A DNA stretch of 60,713 nucleotides. Source: Anaerolineales bacterium. GTDB taxonomy: Bacteria; Chloroflexota; Anaerolineae; Anaerolineales; UBA6668. The DNA is taken from contig JAHDIM010000003.1 of NCBI GenBank assembly GCA_020630805.1, positions 1 through 60,713 on the forward strand, written 5' to 3'. The notes below the pieces were generated by a model. It saw nothing but the letters and a program-made list of their open reading frames with translations. It did no database searches and was not told where the DNA came from. Shown here one piece after another: positions 1 to 10,476 of the stretch (position 1 is the stretch's first letter; every line of letters begins with the position of its first letter). Position numbers and translations under genes: made by a program.

Positions 1-262
1 CGCTAAGAATTAGCACGACAAAAATGTAAATTGGCTCGGTGGAAATGAGGGTAACTAAACGTTCTAAGGCGGGGATGGCAGATAAAACCGCAACATCATT
101 TGTTGAGAGTAACTGCAGCGCCAAGTAGATAAAGCTATACGTGCCCCCTTCTAAAGCCGCCGCAACAATCAACGCCAAAAGCGACGTAAGCAAAATACGT
201 TGGTTCTGTTTTACGGCTGTCAGAATGACCTGGCTGGCAGGTCTGGAGAGGGCGTTTCGCAT
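1..262 (-). CDS. 5' fragment of a probable ABC transporter permease/ATP-binding protein (MsbA/PglK/HepA-like glycan exporter); runs off the window edge
   Basis: Not in the ORF track. Manual translation from ATG at 262 is open to base 1: MRNALSRPASQVILTAVKQNQRILLTSLLALIVAAALEGGTYSFIYLALQLLS...IYIFVVLILS. An amphipathic lead helix then a TM ending 'AALEG' resembles the N-termini of glycan-locus ABC half-transporters. The ATPase domain is not visible. Confidence 0.5.
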   Translation of the reverse strand, partial: MRNALSRPASQVILTAVKQNQRILLTSLLALIVAAALEGGTYSFIYLALQLLSTNDVAVLSAIPALERLVTLISTEPIYIFVVLILS

Positions 263-463
263 GGATGAAGCGTTAGACGATTGGCGCTAGCACAAAGGCT
301 ATGTGGGCGCAGTATTCTCAGAGAAATAAGCGTAAAAAACGCAAAGGCCACTCTAAGAGATTGTAAGACTGTGAATAACTGATGCTAATCAATAACCAGG
401 CAAAACAAAAAAGCACAAACAATGTTTGAAAAACTTGACCGCGTTTCATTAGAAAAATTTAGT

Positions 464-2461
464 CTACTCCGTCACAGCAATGTGCCAAGTTTGTGCTGTC
501 TGTTGGCAGTATGTCGTTGGGGTAACGGTACGTTCTGACTCGAGCTTTATAACCCGATAGGCATCATTTTCAAAAATGATTGTTGGTGTTAGCCAGTCAG
601 GACGTGGGTACGTACCATAGCGGTTTGCGATCTGCTTTTCGATAAAGTATTCAAAGCCGTGGCCGTACATTTTCTCCCAGCCATCGTTGAACGTTGTCCA
701 TTCTGGGTTAGAGGCCAAGCACATTAGCAAATCCTCCCGTAACCAAAAATCATAGCCGGCATGCAACAAGCGAGCACCTTCTGGCAAAGTCGCATTGATA
801 AATTCAAAGGCTTCACATTCGGCTACCGCCCGCTCATCAAATTGGCACAAATCGGCTTGCGTGTATACATTTTGCACACGGGCTAGCTCTTTATCAAAAG
901 CGCCATATCCCACAATGCCAATGAGCATCACAGCTTGTAACGCTACCCCGCCCAAGCGGAAGGGTATACGGTCAAACAGCTTATCTAGGCCAAAGGCCAA
1001 CGCCGGAATAAGCACCAGAAAGCTGGGTAACATGGTGCGAACCCCAACCTGCGGCGGGAATAAGTACACGTACAGCCCAAGCCCGACCAAAGCGCTGGTT
1101 GCGAGCCGCAGTAAATCGATATGCTTACGCCACTGCCGCGCACTAATCAGCAATAATGCCGGCACAGCGCCTAACATCAATGGCGATAAGCGTCCGACTT
1201 GAAAACGCACCATATTGTAAATAAGGAAGCGCCACCAGTTCAGAAAAATTTGGGTGTTCGAAAAGTCTGGGCTAAATACTTTCGCGCGTTCGCGATCTAC
1301 AGCACTGACAATCTCAGGATTCTCATCATCTTCACCTTGCCATTCTTCCCACTGCTGCTGGCGTAATTGCAACTGTGGATTGACCCAATCATCAGGCAAA
1401 AATGCGGGAAATCGCGTTAGTACAGGGTATGGCGCTAAGGGTAAGTCGTACCAATAATCATTTTTGATTGCATGTGGAATTAGGCAAATGATGCTCACTA
1501 GGCCTAATAAAACGCCAGAAATTGCCGTTTTGCGCACCCAATACCAACCGGTGTACGCCACGGTAAGGTTCCAAAACAAAAGCAGCCAAATTGAAAGCGT
1601 TACAAGCGGATACGAAAGCTTTGCAATAAACGTGAACGCCGCAAACGCCGCACATAACACGACTGGGGTATAACCATACTTACGATGCTTAGCCTGCAAT
1701 GCCCACCAAAATCCGGCGACAGCATAGCTTGTGCCAAACATTTCTACTTTGCCATCACTAAAGAACAAGTAAAAGCCAGAGCTAGATAACAGCATGGCCC
1801 ACATTAGGTCTTTCGCGGTTAGGCGCAATTGCAGTTGGCGCCCAAGCCGCCGGAAATAAACAAACACAGTGCCAGCCGTCAACCAAGCCAGTAAGGTTGA
1901 GGCCCGTTGCCCGGCGAACAAAAAGGCTGCCGCATAGCTCATTTCACCAATCAGCCCACGATGTGATGTCCACTCCCGGCCCATTGGTGGAAAAAGCTCC
2001 CCAGAAAGCGCAAGCACCTTAGGGGTAATCATGTAGTAGAAGAACGCATCGCCTGCGTTTAGCCGCATGGGTAATAGGATGTTGAAAATCCCAAATGTAC
2101 AGAACACTGCAACTAGCAACCAGGTAAAAACACCAAAGTCTTGCGTATGCTGTGAGATATAGTCACGGAACGAGGTGCGTTCGGAGGAGCGGGAAAGATA
2201 CCAATACAGCAGTAGCAGCGCGCCCGAAATACTAAGCACAACGGGTAAGGTAAACACACCCGCTAGGCCAATTAGCATCCACAATGATGCTAAAACGCCT
2301 TGCCCTAGTAAAAAGCGCGTTGCAATATCAAGCTGCGGTTTTGTAACAGCGCGGACGCGCCACAACAAAAGTGAGCCGCAAGCAAAGCAAACGTAGGCGT
2401 AAAAACAAACGCTAAAAAATGCGAATAGCCCTTCTAGAAGTGAGGACTGCACGACATTCAT
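464..2461 (-). CDS. Polytopic membrane protein, probable GT-C fold (ArnT/PMT-like) glycosyltransferase
   Basis: 665 aa with more than 10 hydrophobic segments. 'GDAFFYY..TPK' loop after the early TMs, 'IAK' Lys, 'PHAIKN..WY..PLAP' and 'RTMLP' motifs, and a soluble C-terminal domain. Confidence 0.55.
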   Translation of the reverse strand: MNVVQSSLLEGLFAFFSVCFYAYVCFACGSLLLWRVRAVTKPQLDIATRFLLGQGVLASLWMLIGLAGVFTLPVVLSISGALLLLYWYLSRSSERTSFRDYISQHTQDFGVFTWLLVAVFCTFGIFNILLPMRLNAGDAFFYYMITPKVLALSGELFPPMGREWTSHRGLIGEMSYAAAFLFAGQRASTLLAWLTAGTVFVYFRRLGRQLQLRLTAKDLMWAMLLSSSGFYLFFSDGKVEMFGTSYAVAGFWWALQAKHRKYGYTPVVLCAAFAAFTFIAKLSYPLVTLSIWLLLFWNLTVAYTGWYWVRKTAISGVLLGLVSIICLIPHAIKNDYWYDLPLAPYPVLTRFPAFLPDDWVNPQLQLRQQQWEEWQGEDDENPEIVSAVDRERAKVFSPDFSNTQIFLNWWRFLIYNMVRFQVGRLSPLMLGAVPALLLISARQWRKHIDLLRLATSALVGLGLYVYLFPPQVGVRTMLPSFLVLIPALAFGLDKLFDRIPFRLGGVALQAVMLIGIVGYGAFDKELARVQNVYTQADLCQFDERAVAECEAFEFINATLPEGARLLHAGYDFWLREDLLMCLASNPEWTTFNDGWEKMYGHGFEYFIEKQIANRYGTYPRPDWLTPTIIFENDAYRVIKLESERTVTPTTYCQQTAQTWHIAVTE

Positions 2462-2464
2462 CGT

Positions 2465-4321
2465 CTATATACCGTTTTCAGCACAAAAATTTGCCAGCGA
2501 CTGTTTGATATCAGAATCAGGTTGCTCTTCACAAGCCGCGGCAAAAGCCAACACCCGCGTTGCAAGTTGGGTTACATCCTCTCGGGGTGCAACCGCCGGT
2601 TTTGCAAAAAAGATTTTCTGATGCTGCGTACGCGTATGGTTTTCAGACGATGCAAACAACACTTCGGTCAGTTTCTCACCGGGACGTAAGCCAGTAAACA
2701 CAATTTTGATATCGCGGTCTACTTCAAGGCCAGAGAGCTCAATCAAATCACGCGCAAGTTGCACAATTTTTACAGGCTGCCCCATGTCTAGCACGTACAC
2801 GGCGTTATTGTCGCCAAACGTAGCTGCATGCAACACAAGCTGAACAGCCTCTGGAATGGTCATGAAATATCGTTCCATTTCAGGGTCGGTTACCGTAACC
2901 GGCCCACCGGCCGCAATCTGCTTAGTAAAGTGAGGCACAACGCTGCCACGGCTGCCTAATACGTTGCCAAAGCGAACTGCAACATACGGCTTACCTGTTC
3001 TAACAGACGCCGCCTGCACTAGGCGTTCAGCAAGCGCCTTAGACATGCCCATCACATTAACTGGATTTACAGCCTTATCTGTTGAAATAAGAACAAATCG
3101 CTCGACGTTGAGCGCTTCAGAAGATTGCAACACGTTATGGGTGCCGAGCACATTGTTAGTGACGGCTTCATGTGCATTTGCTTCCATTAGCGGCACGTGT
3201 TTGTGCGCCGCAGCATGAAAGACAATCTGCGGTTGATACAGTTCAAACATCGCTTGGATGCGGTCTGCGTCGCGCGTGTCTGCAATGACAGCAGTTAGCT
3301 GCGTATCAAGTGCAATGGTGCGGTTACGCAGCTCCATTTCCAAGGTGAAGATACTATTTTCGCCGTGCCCTAGCAACACAATGTGTTTAGGGTGCCCGAG
3401 CAGCACTTGGCGGCACAATTCAGAGCCAATCGACCCACCAGCGCCAGTCACCAATACGGTCTTGCCACTTAGCATCTGATGGACAGAATCAAGATCTGTT
3501 GAGACCGATTCACGGCGCAACAAATCTTCAATTTGCACTTTACGCAATTGACCGATTTGGAGTTTATTGTTGATGAGGTCTGCCAAGGCTGGCACAATTT
3601 GAATTTTGACCCCAAGGTCAGACGCCACCGTTTGAATCCGCCGCACAACCGCTCCGGGCGCAGATGGCAAGGCGATGATTAGGTTAGCAATATCATGCTG
3701 ATGCACTAATTTTTCAATGTCATCAATCTTACCGAGCACAGGAATGCCACCAATTTGCACGCGTTGCTTGGCATGATCATCATCTACAAACCCGATCGGC
3801 CAAATATTTAGCGCCCGATTGTTGATAATTTCACGCAGCATCATTGTGCCAGCATCGCCAGCGCCAACAATTAGGGCACGCTTCTGTAACAGGGTACGTT
3901 CAGAAATGCTGTGCTGATAAAACCACGTACGAACCCCTAAGCGCAAGCTAGAAATCCCCAGTAGTGTCACCATAAAATCGATAAACGGTACCGAGCGAGG
4001 CAACACAAAATTGAGCGGCGTGGTGATCACAATAAAGATAGAGTAGACAATTCCAAACGCGATCGTGCCGTAAACAGCAGCCAACACAATGGTGACAAGC
4101 TCACTAATGCTAGCGTAACGCCAATACCGGCGATATAACCCTACAAAATGAAACATCGGTAGTTTCAAGATCAATGCTGCCAAGACAACATAGATAATTT
4201 CGTAGCGTACAGCAACCAAACGGTATTGATCAAACCGTAAGGCATACGCCACAATTGGCGCAAGTGCTACAACAAGAATGTCAAAGATAAGAAAATGGCG
4301 ATTTCGCAAACGTCTTAACAT
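2465..4321 (-). CDS. Membrane-bound UDP-GlcNAc 4,6-dehydratase (PglF/CapD/WbpM family)
   Basis: Four N-terminal TMs, GAGDAG domain, TGAGGSIGSELCRQ, HAAAHKHVPLME, STDKAVNP..MGMSK, VRFGNVLGSRGSV, GLRPGEKL. Confidence 0.93.
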   Translation of the reverse strand: MLRRLRNRHFLIFDILVVALAPIVAYALRFDQYRLVAVRYEIIYVVLAALILKLPMFHFVGLYRRYWRYASISELVTIVLAAVYGTIAFGIVYSIFIVITTPLNFVLPRSVPFIDFMVTLLGISSLRLGVRTWFYQHSISERTLLQKRALIVGAGDAGTMMLREIINNRALNIWPIGFVDDDHAKQRVQIGGIPVLGKIDDIEKLVHQHDIANLIIALPSAPGAVVRRIQTVASDLGVKIQIVPALADLINNKLQIGQLRKVQIEDLLRRESVSTDLDSVHQMLSGKTVLVTGAGGSIGSELCRQVLLGHPKHIVLLGHGENSIFTLEMELRNRTIALDTQLTAVIADTRDADRIQAMFELYQPQIVFHAAAHKHVPLMEANAHEAVTNNVLGTHNVLQSSEALNVERFVLISTDKAVNPVNVMGMSKALAERLVQAASVRTGKPYVAVRFGNVLGSRGSVVPHFTKQIAAGGPVTVTDPEMERYFMTIPEAVQLVLHAATFGDNNAVYVLDMGQPVKIVQLARDLIELSGLEVDRDIKIVFTGLRPGEKLTEVLFASSENHTRTQHQKIFFAKPAVAPREDVTQLATRVLAFAAACEEQPDSDIKQSLANFCAENGI

Positions 4322-5448
4322 GGTGGTTTAACGCTCCGAATAACAGACACGATACGGTCTAAATCTGCTGTGGTTAGTGCAGACCCAGATGGTAAACACA
4401 ACCCCGTTGCAAAGAAATGTTCAGACACCGCACCACCAAAAACCTGCGACTCGCGGAAGATAGGTTGCAAGTGCATTGGCTTCCAAATCGGGCGCGATTC
4501 AATATCCGCAGCGGCCAATGCTAGCCGCAAATCCTCATTTGATGCGCCAAACTTAGTTGGATCAATCAGCACACAGGTCAGCCAGCGATTGGCGCGGCCC
4601 CATAGCGCTTCCGGCATGAACGTCAACCCCGGCAGGTCAGACAGGGCATTTAGATAGTAGTCAAAGTTTTGCCGCCGTGCTTGTACACGCGCTTCAATAA
4701 CTTGTAGCTGCCCGCGCCCAATTGCCGCACATATACTGCTCATCCGATAGTTATAGCCAACTTCGGTGTGTTCATAATGGGGGAACGGATCACGCGCCTG
4801 CGTAGAAAGCTTGCGAGCGTGGTGAATAAGGTCTGCATTATTAGAGACAAGCATGCCGCCGCCACTCGTTGTAATAATCTTATTGCCATTGAAAGAATAA
4901 AATCCGACCTCACCAAAGCAACCGGGGGACTGTCCTTTATACGTAGCGCCGAGGGCTTCTGCAGCATCTTCAATAAGGGCTACACCGTACTGTTTGCACA
5001 GCGCCACAATCGGTGCAATATCCGCGCACTGTCCGTATAAGTGAACCAGCACAACGGCTTTTGGTAATTTGTTCTTGGCAGCGCGATCTGCCAACGCTGC
5101 TGCTAACAACGCGGGGTCCATATTCCAAGACGTTGCCTCACAGTCTATAAATGTTGGCACTGCCCCCAAATAAAGCACCGGAAACGCACTTGCAGCAAAT
5201 GTTAGCGATGATACAAACACTTCATCACCAGTCGTTACACCGAGTTCAATCAACGCCAAATGCAGCGCAGCAGAGCCAGAGCTAACAGCTAAGGCATGAT
5301 CGGCACCAACGTAAGTGGCAAACTCGGCCTCGAATGCTTCAATTTGCGGGCCGGCTGGCGCGATCCAATTTGTTGCAAACGATTCAGCAACATAGTGTTG
5401 TTCTAGCTCACCCATGTGTGGTGGAGATAGATAAATTTTTTGCGGCAT
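4315..5448 (-). CDS. DegT/DnrJ/EryC1/StrS aminotransferase, PglE/EpsN-like
   Basis: MPQKIYLSPPHMG start, EDAAEALG, SFNGNKIITTSGGGML (PLP Lys), GYNYRMS, RPIWKPMHLQP, GLCLPSGS. Start moved to ATG 5448. Confidence 0.92.
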   Translation of the reverse strand: MPQKIYLSPPHMGELEQHYVAESFATNWIAPAGPQIEAFEAEFATYVGADHALAVSSGSAALHLALIELGVTTGDEVFVSSLTFAASAFPVLYLGAVPTFIDCEATSWNMDPALLAAALADRAAKNKLPKAVVLVHLYGQCADIAPIVALCKQYGVALIEDAAEALGATYKGQSPGCFGEVGFYSFNGNKIITTSGGGMLVSNNADLIHHARKLSTQARDPFPHYEHTEVGYNYRMSSICAAIGRGQLQVIEARVQARRQNFDYYLNALSDLPGLTFMPEALWGRANRWLTCVLIDPTKFGASNEDLRLALAAADIESRPIWKPMHLQPIFRESQVFGGAVSEHFFATGLCLPSGSALTTADLDRIVSVIRSVKPPC

Positions 5449-5544
5449 GTAACGATTAAATGTGTAAAAATACTCTCTATCTTGGCGAAAACTTGCCAAA
5501 GACCGAGGAATTATAAAGGGGGACGGCAACTTGTGCAGAAGCAG

Positions 5545-6723
5545 TTAAGAGTTGTAGGCATCCCAAAGTGTTTGGTATGCCTCAATCACAAGTTGATTGA
5601 CATACGTTGCGGAAAATTCCGCCTTTGCGCGGCGATAAGCCGCTGCGCCTAGCGTCTCTCTAAGGGTTGGATCTAAAACTAATTTCAACAACGCTGCATG
5701 CAGTTGATCGACAGATTTTTTATCAACCAATAGACCCGTGTCTTGGTCCAAAATCGCATCAACTAAGCCGGTCACGCGGGTGCCAACGGTTGGTACGCCC
5801 ATTGCGGCCGCTTCAATCACCACGCTGCCAAACCCTTCGCGGTAACTTGGTAGGCAAAAGATATCACTAATCGCAAGATAATCTTCCGGTTCTGTAGTAA
5901 ACCCAAGCGTCTTGATTTTTGAATGCGACTTGAAAAGCTGCTGTGTCTCAGATGGTAATTCAGACTGTAACGTTTGCATTGGACCAATAATCAGTAGCGT
6001 TACATTGGCCTGGGTTGCGCTGAGTGCTGCAAAGGCCGCCACAAGCTCATTGATCCCTTTATCTTGCACGACGCGTCCAATGAAGGTAATGACAACATCA
6101 TCAGGTGGAATTGCTAACGTTGCGCGCAATGTTTTGCCAAAGTCAGGGTCTTGCCGCTTCGCAATATCAAAACGCGCCAAATCTACGCCAGCAATAGACC
6201 CCTGCCCAATGACAGAAATCTTCGCGGGGTCAATAATTTTGTTGGCAATCAAAAACGCTTTTTGCGAGTGACTATCTGTATAGCAATGCGTGGTTAGTTT
6301 GCCAATGAGCCAATCACTACGTTTTAACAACCATCCTTGCCAGCCAGTAATTTCCACCCACGGTTGCCCAGTGTAAGTGTGAATACGAATCGGAACCCGC
6401 GCAATATAAGCGGCTAGGCTGCCAACAAGGCCGGCCTTTGGGGTACTCGTGTGCACAATGTGAAAGCCCTGCCGCCAGAAGAACCAAATCAGTTGCAATA
6501 GCCCGATGCCATCAATATGCGGAGAAAACGCACCAGATAGCGAAACCGTACGGTACGTTACGGCTTCTGGTAAATACAGCACCGCTTGGTCACTATGCCC
6601 AGAGACTGTTGTACAACGTACTGTTGTGGAAATCTGCTTGAGTTGTTCCCGCAACAAGGTATTTAGCGTAAACGGTGTTGTCACCACGCGGCACAATCGG
6701 ATAGAAGATTGATTAGAAGTCAT
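5545..6723 (-). CDS. GT4 glycosyltransferase (PglA/CapM-like)
   Basis: HTSTPKAGLVG, FIGRVVQDKGINEL, LPSYREGFGSVVIEAAAMGVP (EX7E). Confidence 0.92.
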   Translation of the reverse strand: MTSNQSSIRLCRVVTTPFTLNTLLREQLKQISTTVRCTTVSGHSDQAVLYLPEAVTYRTVSLSGAFSPHIDGIGLLQLIWFFWRQGFHIVHTSTPKAGLVGSLAAYIARVPIRIHTYTGQPWVEITGWQGWLLKRSDWLIGKLTTHCYTDSHSQKAFLIANKIIDPAKISVIGQGSIAGVDLARFDIAKRQDPDFGKTLRATLAIPPDDVVITFIGRVVQDKGINELVAAFAALSATQANVTLLIIGPMQTLQSELPSETQQLFKSHSKIKTLGFTTEPEDYLAISDIFCLPSYREGFGSVVIEAAAMGVPTVGTRVTGLVDAILDQDTGLLVDKKSVDQLHAALLKLVLDPTLRETLGAAAYRRAKAEFSATYVNQLVIEAYQTLWDAYNS

Positions 6724-6735
6724 TTCACTATTCCG

Positions 6736-7599
6736 TTATGCTTGGCACTCTTCAAGGAGCTGTTCCCATGTTGTCAACTGCGCTTGGCTAGGCGTGCCTA
6801 ACCGCCGCAAAAGCGAGCGTTGTTCTAAGCCAGTAATAATAAGTATTGTATCTAGCACGCACATAGCTGAATGGAAACAGACCGTTTTAAGCGTTTGCCA
6901 ATAGCGCTTTTTCATTGGGCGACGCCCGAGAAAAATACGAATAATGCGCTTCCGCATGCGACGCGCTTTCAGGTGAAACTGATCTGCTTCACGATACCCA
7001 ATGACTAGCGTCTCGACATTAGAAAATTTACTAGTTGGATAACTACGGTTGAGAAGCTCAAAATCCTCGCACAGCCGCGCTTTTTCAAAATATCCGTGTT
7101 GCTTGAACCAAGCCGTACGTCCAAAATAAGTTGGATGAACCACTGCAATACCAACATGCGGTTTACGCGTGATATTGGCATGCGCGGTTGGCATCGCCCG
7201 AATGCCCAATGGTTCAGCTGCCATGCTCATGACAAATAGCTGCCCACCAACCAAGTGCACATCTGGGTTAGCCTGCAAGAAGGCCAACTGTGTCGCAAAT
7301 CGATCAGAAAATGAAATATCGTCTTGATCCATCCGCGCAAAAAACTCACCCGTAGCAAAGGTCAAGGCTCTATTTAGTGAGGCGGGTAGGCCTAAATTCT
7401 CTGGGTTACGATGGTATTGAATACGCGGATCAGCTAACGTTGCGATTAGCGCAGCTGCGCCATCTTCAGGGCCGTCATCAATTACAATCAGTTCCCAATT
7501 TTCATAGGTCTGCAATTGAATAGAACGAATCGCCATGCGCAATGTTTTAATGCCACGATAGATTGGCAATCCAACGGAAATTAGCGGGGAGTGTTGCAT
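6736..7599 (-). CDS. GT2 glycosyltransferase
   Basis: ISVGLPIY, IVIDDG, NLGLPASLN, ARMDQDD (DxD), EDFEL. Confidence 0.9.
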   Translation of the reverse strand: MQHSPLISVGLPIYRGIKTLRMAIRSIQLQTYENWELIVIDDGPEDGAAALIATLADPRIQYHRNPENLGLPASLNRALTFATGEFFARMDQDDISFSDRFATQLAFLQANPDVHLVGGQLFVMSMAAEPLGIRAMPTAHANITRKPHVGIAVVHPTYFGRTAWFKQHGYFEKARLCEDFELLNRSYPTSKFSNVETLVIGYREADQFHLKARRMRKRIIRIFLGRRPMKKRYWQTLKTVCFHSAMCVLDTILIITGLEQRSLLRRLGTPSQAQLTTWEQLLEECQA

Positions 7600-7621
7600 A
7601 CGTTATAACGCCAAATGCGCG

Positions 7622-8839
7622 CTATACATCCTCATAAAAAAAGCGGTTCACCCAACTCTTTACGCTATATGCCCGCTCACCACGAATGCGCCAACTAAGT
7701 TCATATAACAATCGCCGAGCAGCTCGCCGCCCACGAACCTTTCCAAAGAGCACAGTAAAAGGCACTGTATAAAGCTTTAAGCCAAGTGCCAAGCTTTTCT
7801 GATGCCGATATTGGGCTTTGATATGCGCAAATGCATCCCAATCGATGGTAAGTTCGCGATCTTTATAGTCGTGGTGCAGTGGCAGGATTGCATCAATAAT
7901 CTGTTGAAAACGATGCTGGTAGGTGTGTTCGTTAGCTGTTCGGTGATGCCCAGCCAGCGCAATCTGATCGCGCTGGTCTGGGTGCGCCAAATAGAATTTT
8001 ATTTTTTCAACCAAGTCTGGCAAGTCTTCAAACGCGACGATTTCTTTATCGAGCACATAATGGTCTTTTAGAGTGGGATGGCTACCTGTTAGTAAGAAGC
8101 CGCCATAGCCTAATACTTCAAATGTTCGCGCTTTGATTTGACGATCTGGCATGCCTAGAGCAGACTTTGGGGTCCAGGCACCGTTGTCAAAATTCAAAGT
8201 AATGACAGAGTTGTTATACACATTGACCATCTCTTCTGTGGTGAGTGCGCCAGCTGGCCAACCATTGCCAAAGCATTGCAGTTCGATGCCAGCCGCCCGA
8301 ACAAATTCAGCCATGTCTTTGCGCTTACCGTGGGCACTGCCTACAAACGTCACCTGATATTCACAATCTGCGGCAAGCGTGGGGGCACGCAAGTTTGCGC
8401 CATTGGCCGCCCACTGCGAAAGTAGAACTGTATGCCCGTCCTGCTCATAGTTATCAACGCGGCTTGGATACGTTGTAACAAACCGATCGAAGTAGGTTGC
8501 TAAATACCTAGAAAACTGGTGATATTTCCAAGAATCATCTGCTGCCCAATTCACAAGCACAACTGCTTTGGTAGCTTGCAATAAGGCCCAAGTTTCGATC
8601 CAAGTTTCGTACCAGCGTTGCTGTACAAAAATCAGGTCGGGTTGCAGCGCTGCAACAGTCTCTAATAACTGCTGGTTTTGATCGGCGAAATTAGTATAGG
8701 CTGTCGGCGTATAGACTTCAAAAAAGCTAACGTCATGTCCTAGCTGTTCAAAAGCCGGGATGAAGTTAATATACTCGTAAGCTAAGCCACGGCCTTCTAC
8801 ACCATAGTTATATTTGTCAAAAACGCAGAGAATACGCAT
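7622..8839 (-). CDS. CgeB-like glycosyltransferase (Glyco_trans_1_2 type)
   Basis: NWAADDSW, VTFVGSAHGKR, FGNGWP, QIKARTFEVLGYGGFLLT, EHTYQHRF. Confidence 0.82.
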   Translation of the reverse strand: MRILCVFDKYNYGVEGRGLAYEYINFIPAFEQLGHDVSFFEVYTPTAYTNFADQNQQLLETVAALQPDLIFVQQRWYETWIETWALLQATKAVVLVNWAADDSWKYHQFSRYLATYFDRFVTTYPSRVDNYEQDGHTVLLSQWAANGANLRAPTLAADCEYQVTFVGSAHGKRKDMAEFVRAAGIELQCFGNGWPAGALTTEEMVNVYNNSVITLNFDNGAWTPKSALGMPDRQIKARTFEVLGYGGFLLTGSHPTLKDHYVLDKEIVAFEDLPDLVEKIKFYLAHPDQRDQIALAGHHRTANEHTYQHRFQQIIDAILPLHHDYKDRELTIDWDAFAHIKAQYRHQKSLALGLKLYTVPFTVLFGKVRGRRAARRLLYELSWRIRGERAYSVKSWVNRFFYEDV

Positions 8840-8878
8840 CTAGAAAGGCTCAACGTGCAACTGCAAGCAGCTACGTTT

Positions 8879-9778
8879 TTACGTTAGGGTTTGGACCCAA
8901 TTCCAAGTCTCTTGAACAGCAGTTTCAAAAGAAATTTGCGGCAGCCACCCTAACTCAGACTGGATTTTGGTGATATCAGGCACTAACTGAGGAACATCAT
9001 AGCCGCGCCCTGCAAGATAGGTAACATCCACCGTTGAAAGTGCCAGTTGATGTTGGATAACGCGCAATACGTCATTAAGTGAGCGCCCCATACCACTGCC
9101 GATATTGTAGACCCCCACCTGCTGCTGTTCGGTTGCCATAGTACAAGCTCGGATTAAGTCTTGAACGGCAAAATAGTCGCGGACAACGCTACCATCGCCC
9201 CAAATTGAAATTGGCTCAGACTGCGCGATTTTATACAGAAATGTAACAATCGCTCCCAGTCCACCCTGCGGATTTTGCCAAATCCCAAATGGATTGGCTG
9301 CGCGTAACACCGTGTAGGTCAAGCCATATTGCTGATGGTAATAATGCAGGTATTTTTCAATCGCTAATTTTACAATACCGTAAGGAGAGATTGGCTGTGT
9401 TGGATGGGTTTCATAAACCGGCGCCGCCTGCGGGATGCCATACACCGTACCAGCAGAAGAAAGAAACGTGATGTGCTGTACATCTGCCTGAACACATGTC
9501 TCAAGCAACTTCACCGTTGCAATAAGATTCTGATTGAGGTCCGCTATTGGGTCTGCAACCGAACTGGAATGGATGGTTGTGCTAGCAAAATGGTAGACCG
9601 TACGGATCTGATTTGCTTGCAGCCAAGCAGCGTCTAAAGTTGCATAGTCTTGCTTGATCCAATGTTGAGGCGTTGGAGAAAATCGAGGGGCGTAGGGATC
9701 ACAAACAATAGCGTCTGGCAACACTTGCTGTAGGTGTGCGCCAACAAACCCATTGCCGCCAGTGATAAGTGTTGGCAT
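8879..9778 (-). CDS. NAD-dependent epimerase/dehydratase (extended SDR)
   Basis: ITGGNGFVG, SSAGTVYG, PISPYGIVK (YxxxK), WGDGSVVRDY. Start at ATG 9778 overlaps the upstream TGA (TGATG). Confidence 0.9.
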   Translation of the reverse strand: MPTLITGGNGFVGAHLQQVLPDAIVCDPYAPRFSPTPQHWIKQDYATLDAAWLQANQIRTVYHFASTTIHSSSVADPIADLNQNLIATVKLLETCVQADVQHITFLSSAGTVYGIPQAAPVYETHPTQPISPYGIVKLAIEKYLHYYHQQYGLTYTVLRAANPFGIWQNPQGGLGAIVTFLYKIAQSEPISIWGDGSVVRDYFAVQDLIRACTMATEQQQVGVYNIGSGMGRSLNDVLRVIQHQLALSTVDVTYLAGRGYDVPQLVPDITKIQSELGWLPQISFETAVQETWNWVQTLT

Positions 9779-10440
9779 CAGTCCTTGCGTTGCCAGTTTT
9801 CCCACACAAATTCATATTGCCACGTGAGAGTATGTGTTTGAGAGAGGCGATCTTGAATAGCGCGCATGCGGGCTAAAGCATTAGGCACAGTATCATGAAA
9901 CTGGACTTGGATATTGTTGAAGTTCCCAATAAGCCCAGCATCAAGCAAACGCTCTAAAAGTGCAAATTCACCGCCTTCAATATTGAGCTTAATTAGGTCC
10001 ACATTATCGATGGAATTGGACTCTAACCATGTCACAATATCAACAATCGAGACAGTTTCAACTTGGGCACCGGCACTAACCGTAGAGGATCGGTCGCCTA
10101 GTAATGCAATTTCAAGCGTTTCTGTTGTACCACCTAACCCAAAAGCATGGCTCAAGACTTTAGGCACAGCCACAAATCGGGCTTGGATCATTTCCGCATA
10201 GGCTTTGACTGGCTCAAAAACATACACCGTTGCCTGAAATCTCTCATAGACTTCAGCCGCCCAATCACCGTGAAACCCGCCAATATCTAGCACTACAGCA
10301 GACGGTGTTAAGGGGTAATCAAAGCGCAAGTTCACATTACCATTGTCAGCTCGCCAGCGTTTTACAGCTTTCATATACGGGGTTGGCGCTACAACCCAAC
10401 GAAAATAACGCCAAAGGCGTTGTAATAAAGTTTCTTGCAA
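9778..10440 (-). CDS. FkbM-family methyltransferase
   Basis: VLDIGGFHG, VFEP, IKLNIEGGEF, QVQFH. TTG start. Confidence 0.85.
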   Translation of the reverse strand: MQETLLQRLWRYFRWVVAPTPYMKAVKRWRADNGNVNLRFDYPLTPSAVVLDIGGFHGDWAAEVYERFQATVYVFEPVKAYAEMIQARFVAVPKVLSHAFGLGGTTETLEIALLGDRSSTVSAGAQVETVSIVDIVTWLESNSIDNVDLIKLNIEGGEFALLERLLDAGLIGNFNNIQVQFHDTVPNALARMRAIQDRLSQTHTLTWQYEFVWENWQRKD

Positions 10441-10476
10441 AATAAAGTTTCTCAGCTTGAAACCAAAACTTCAAGC

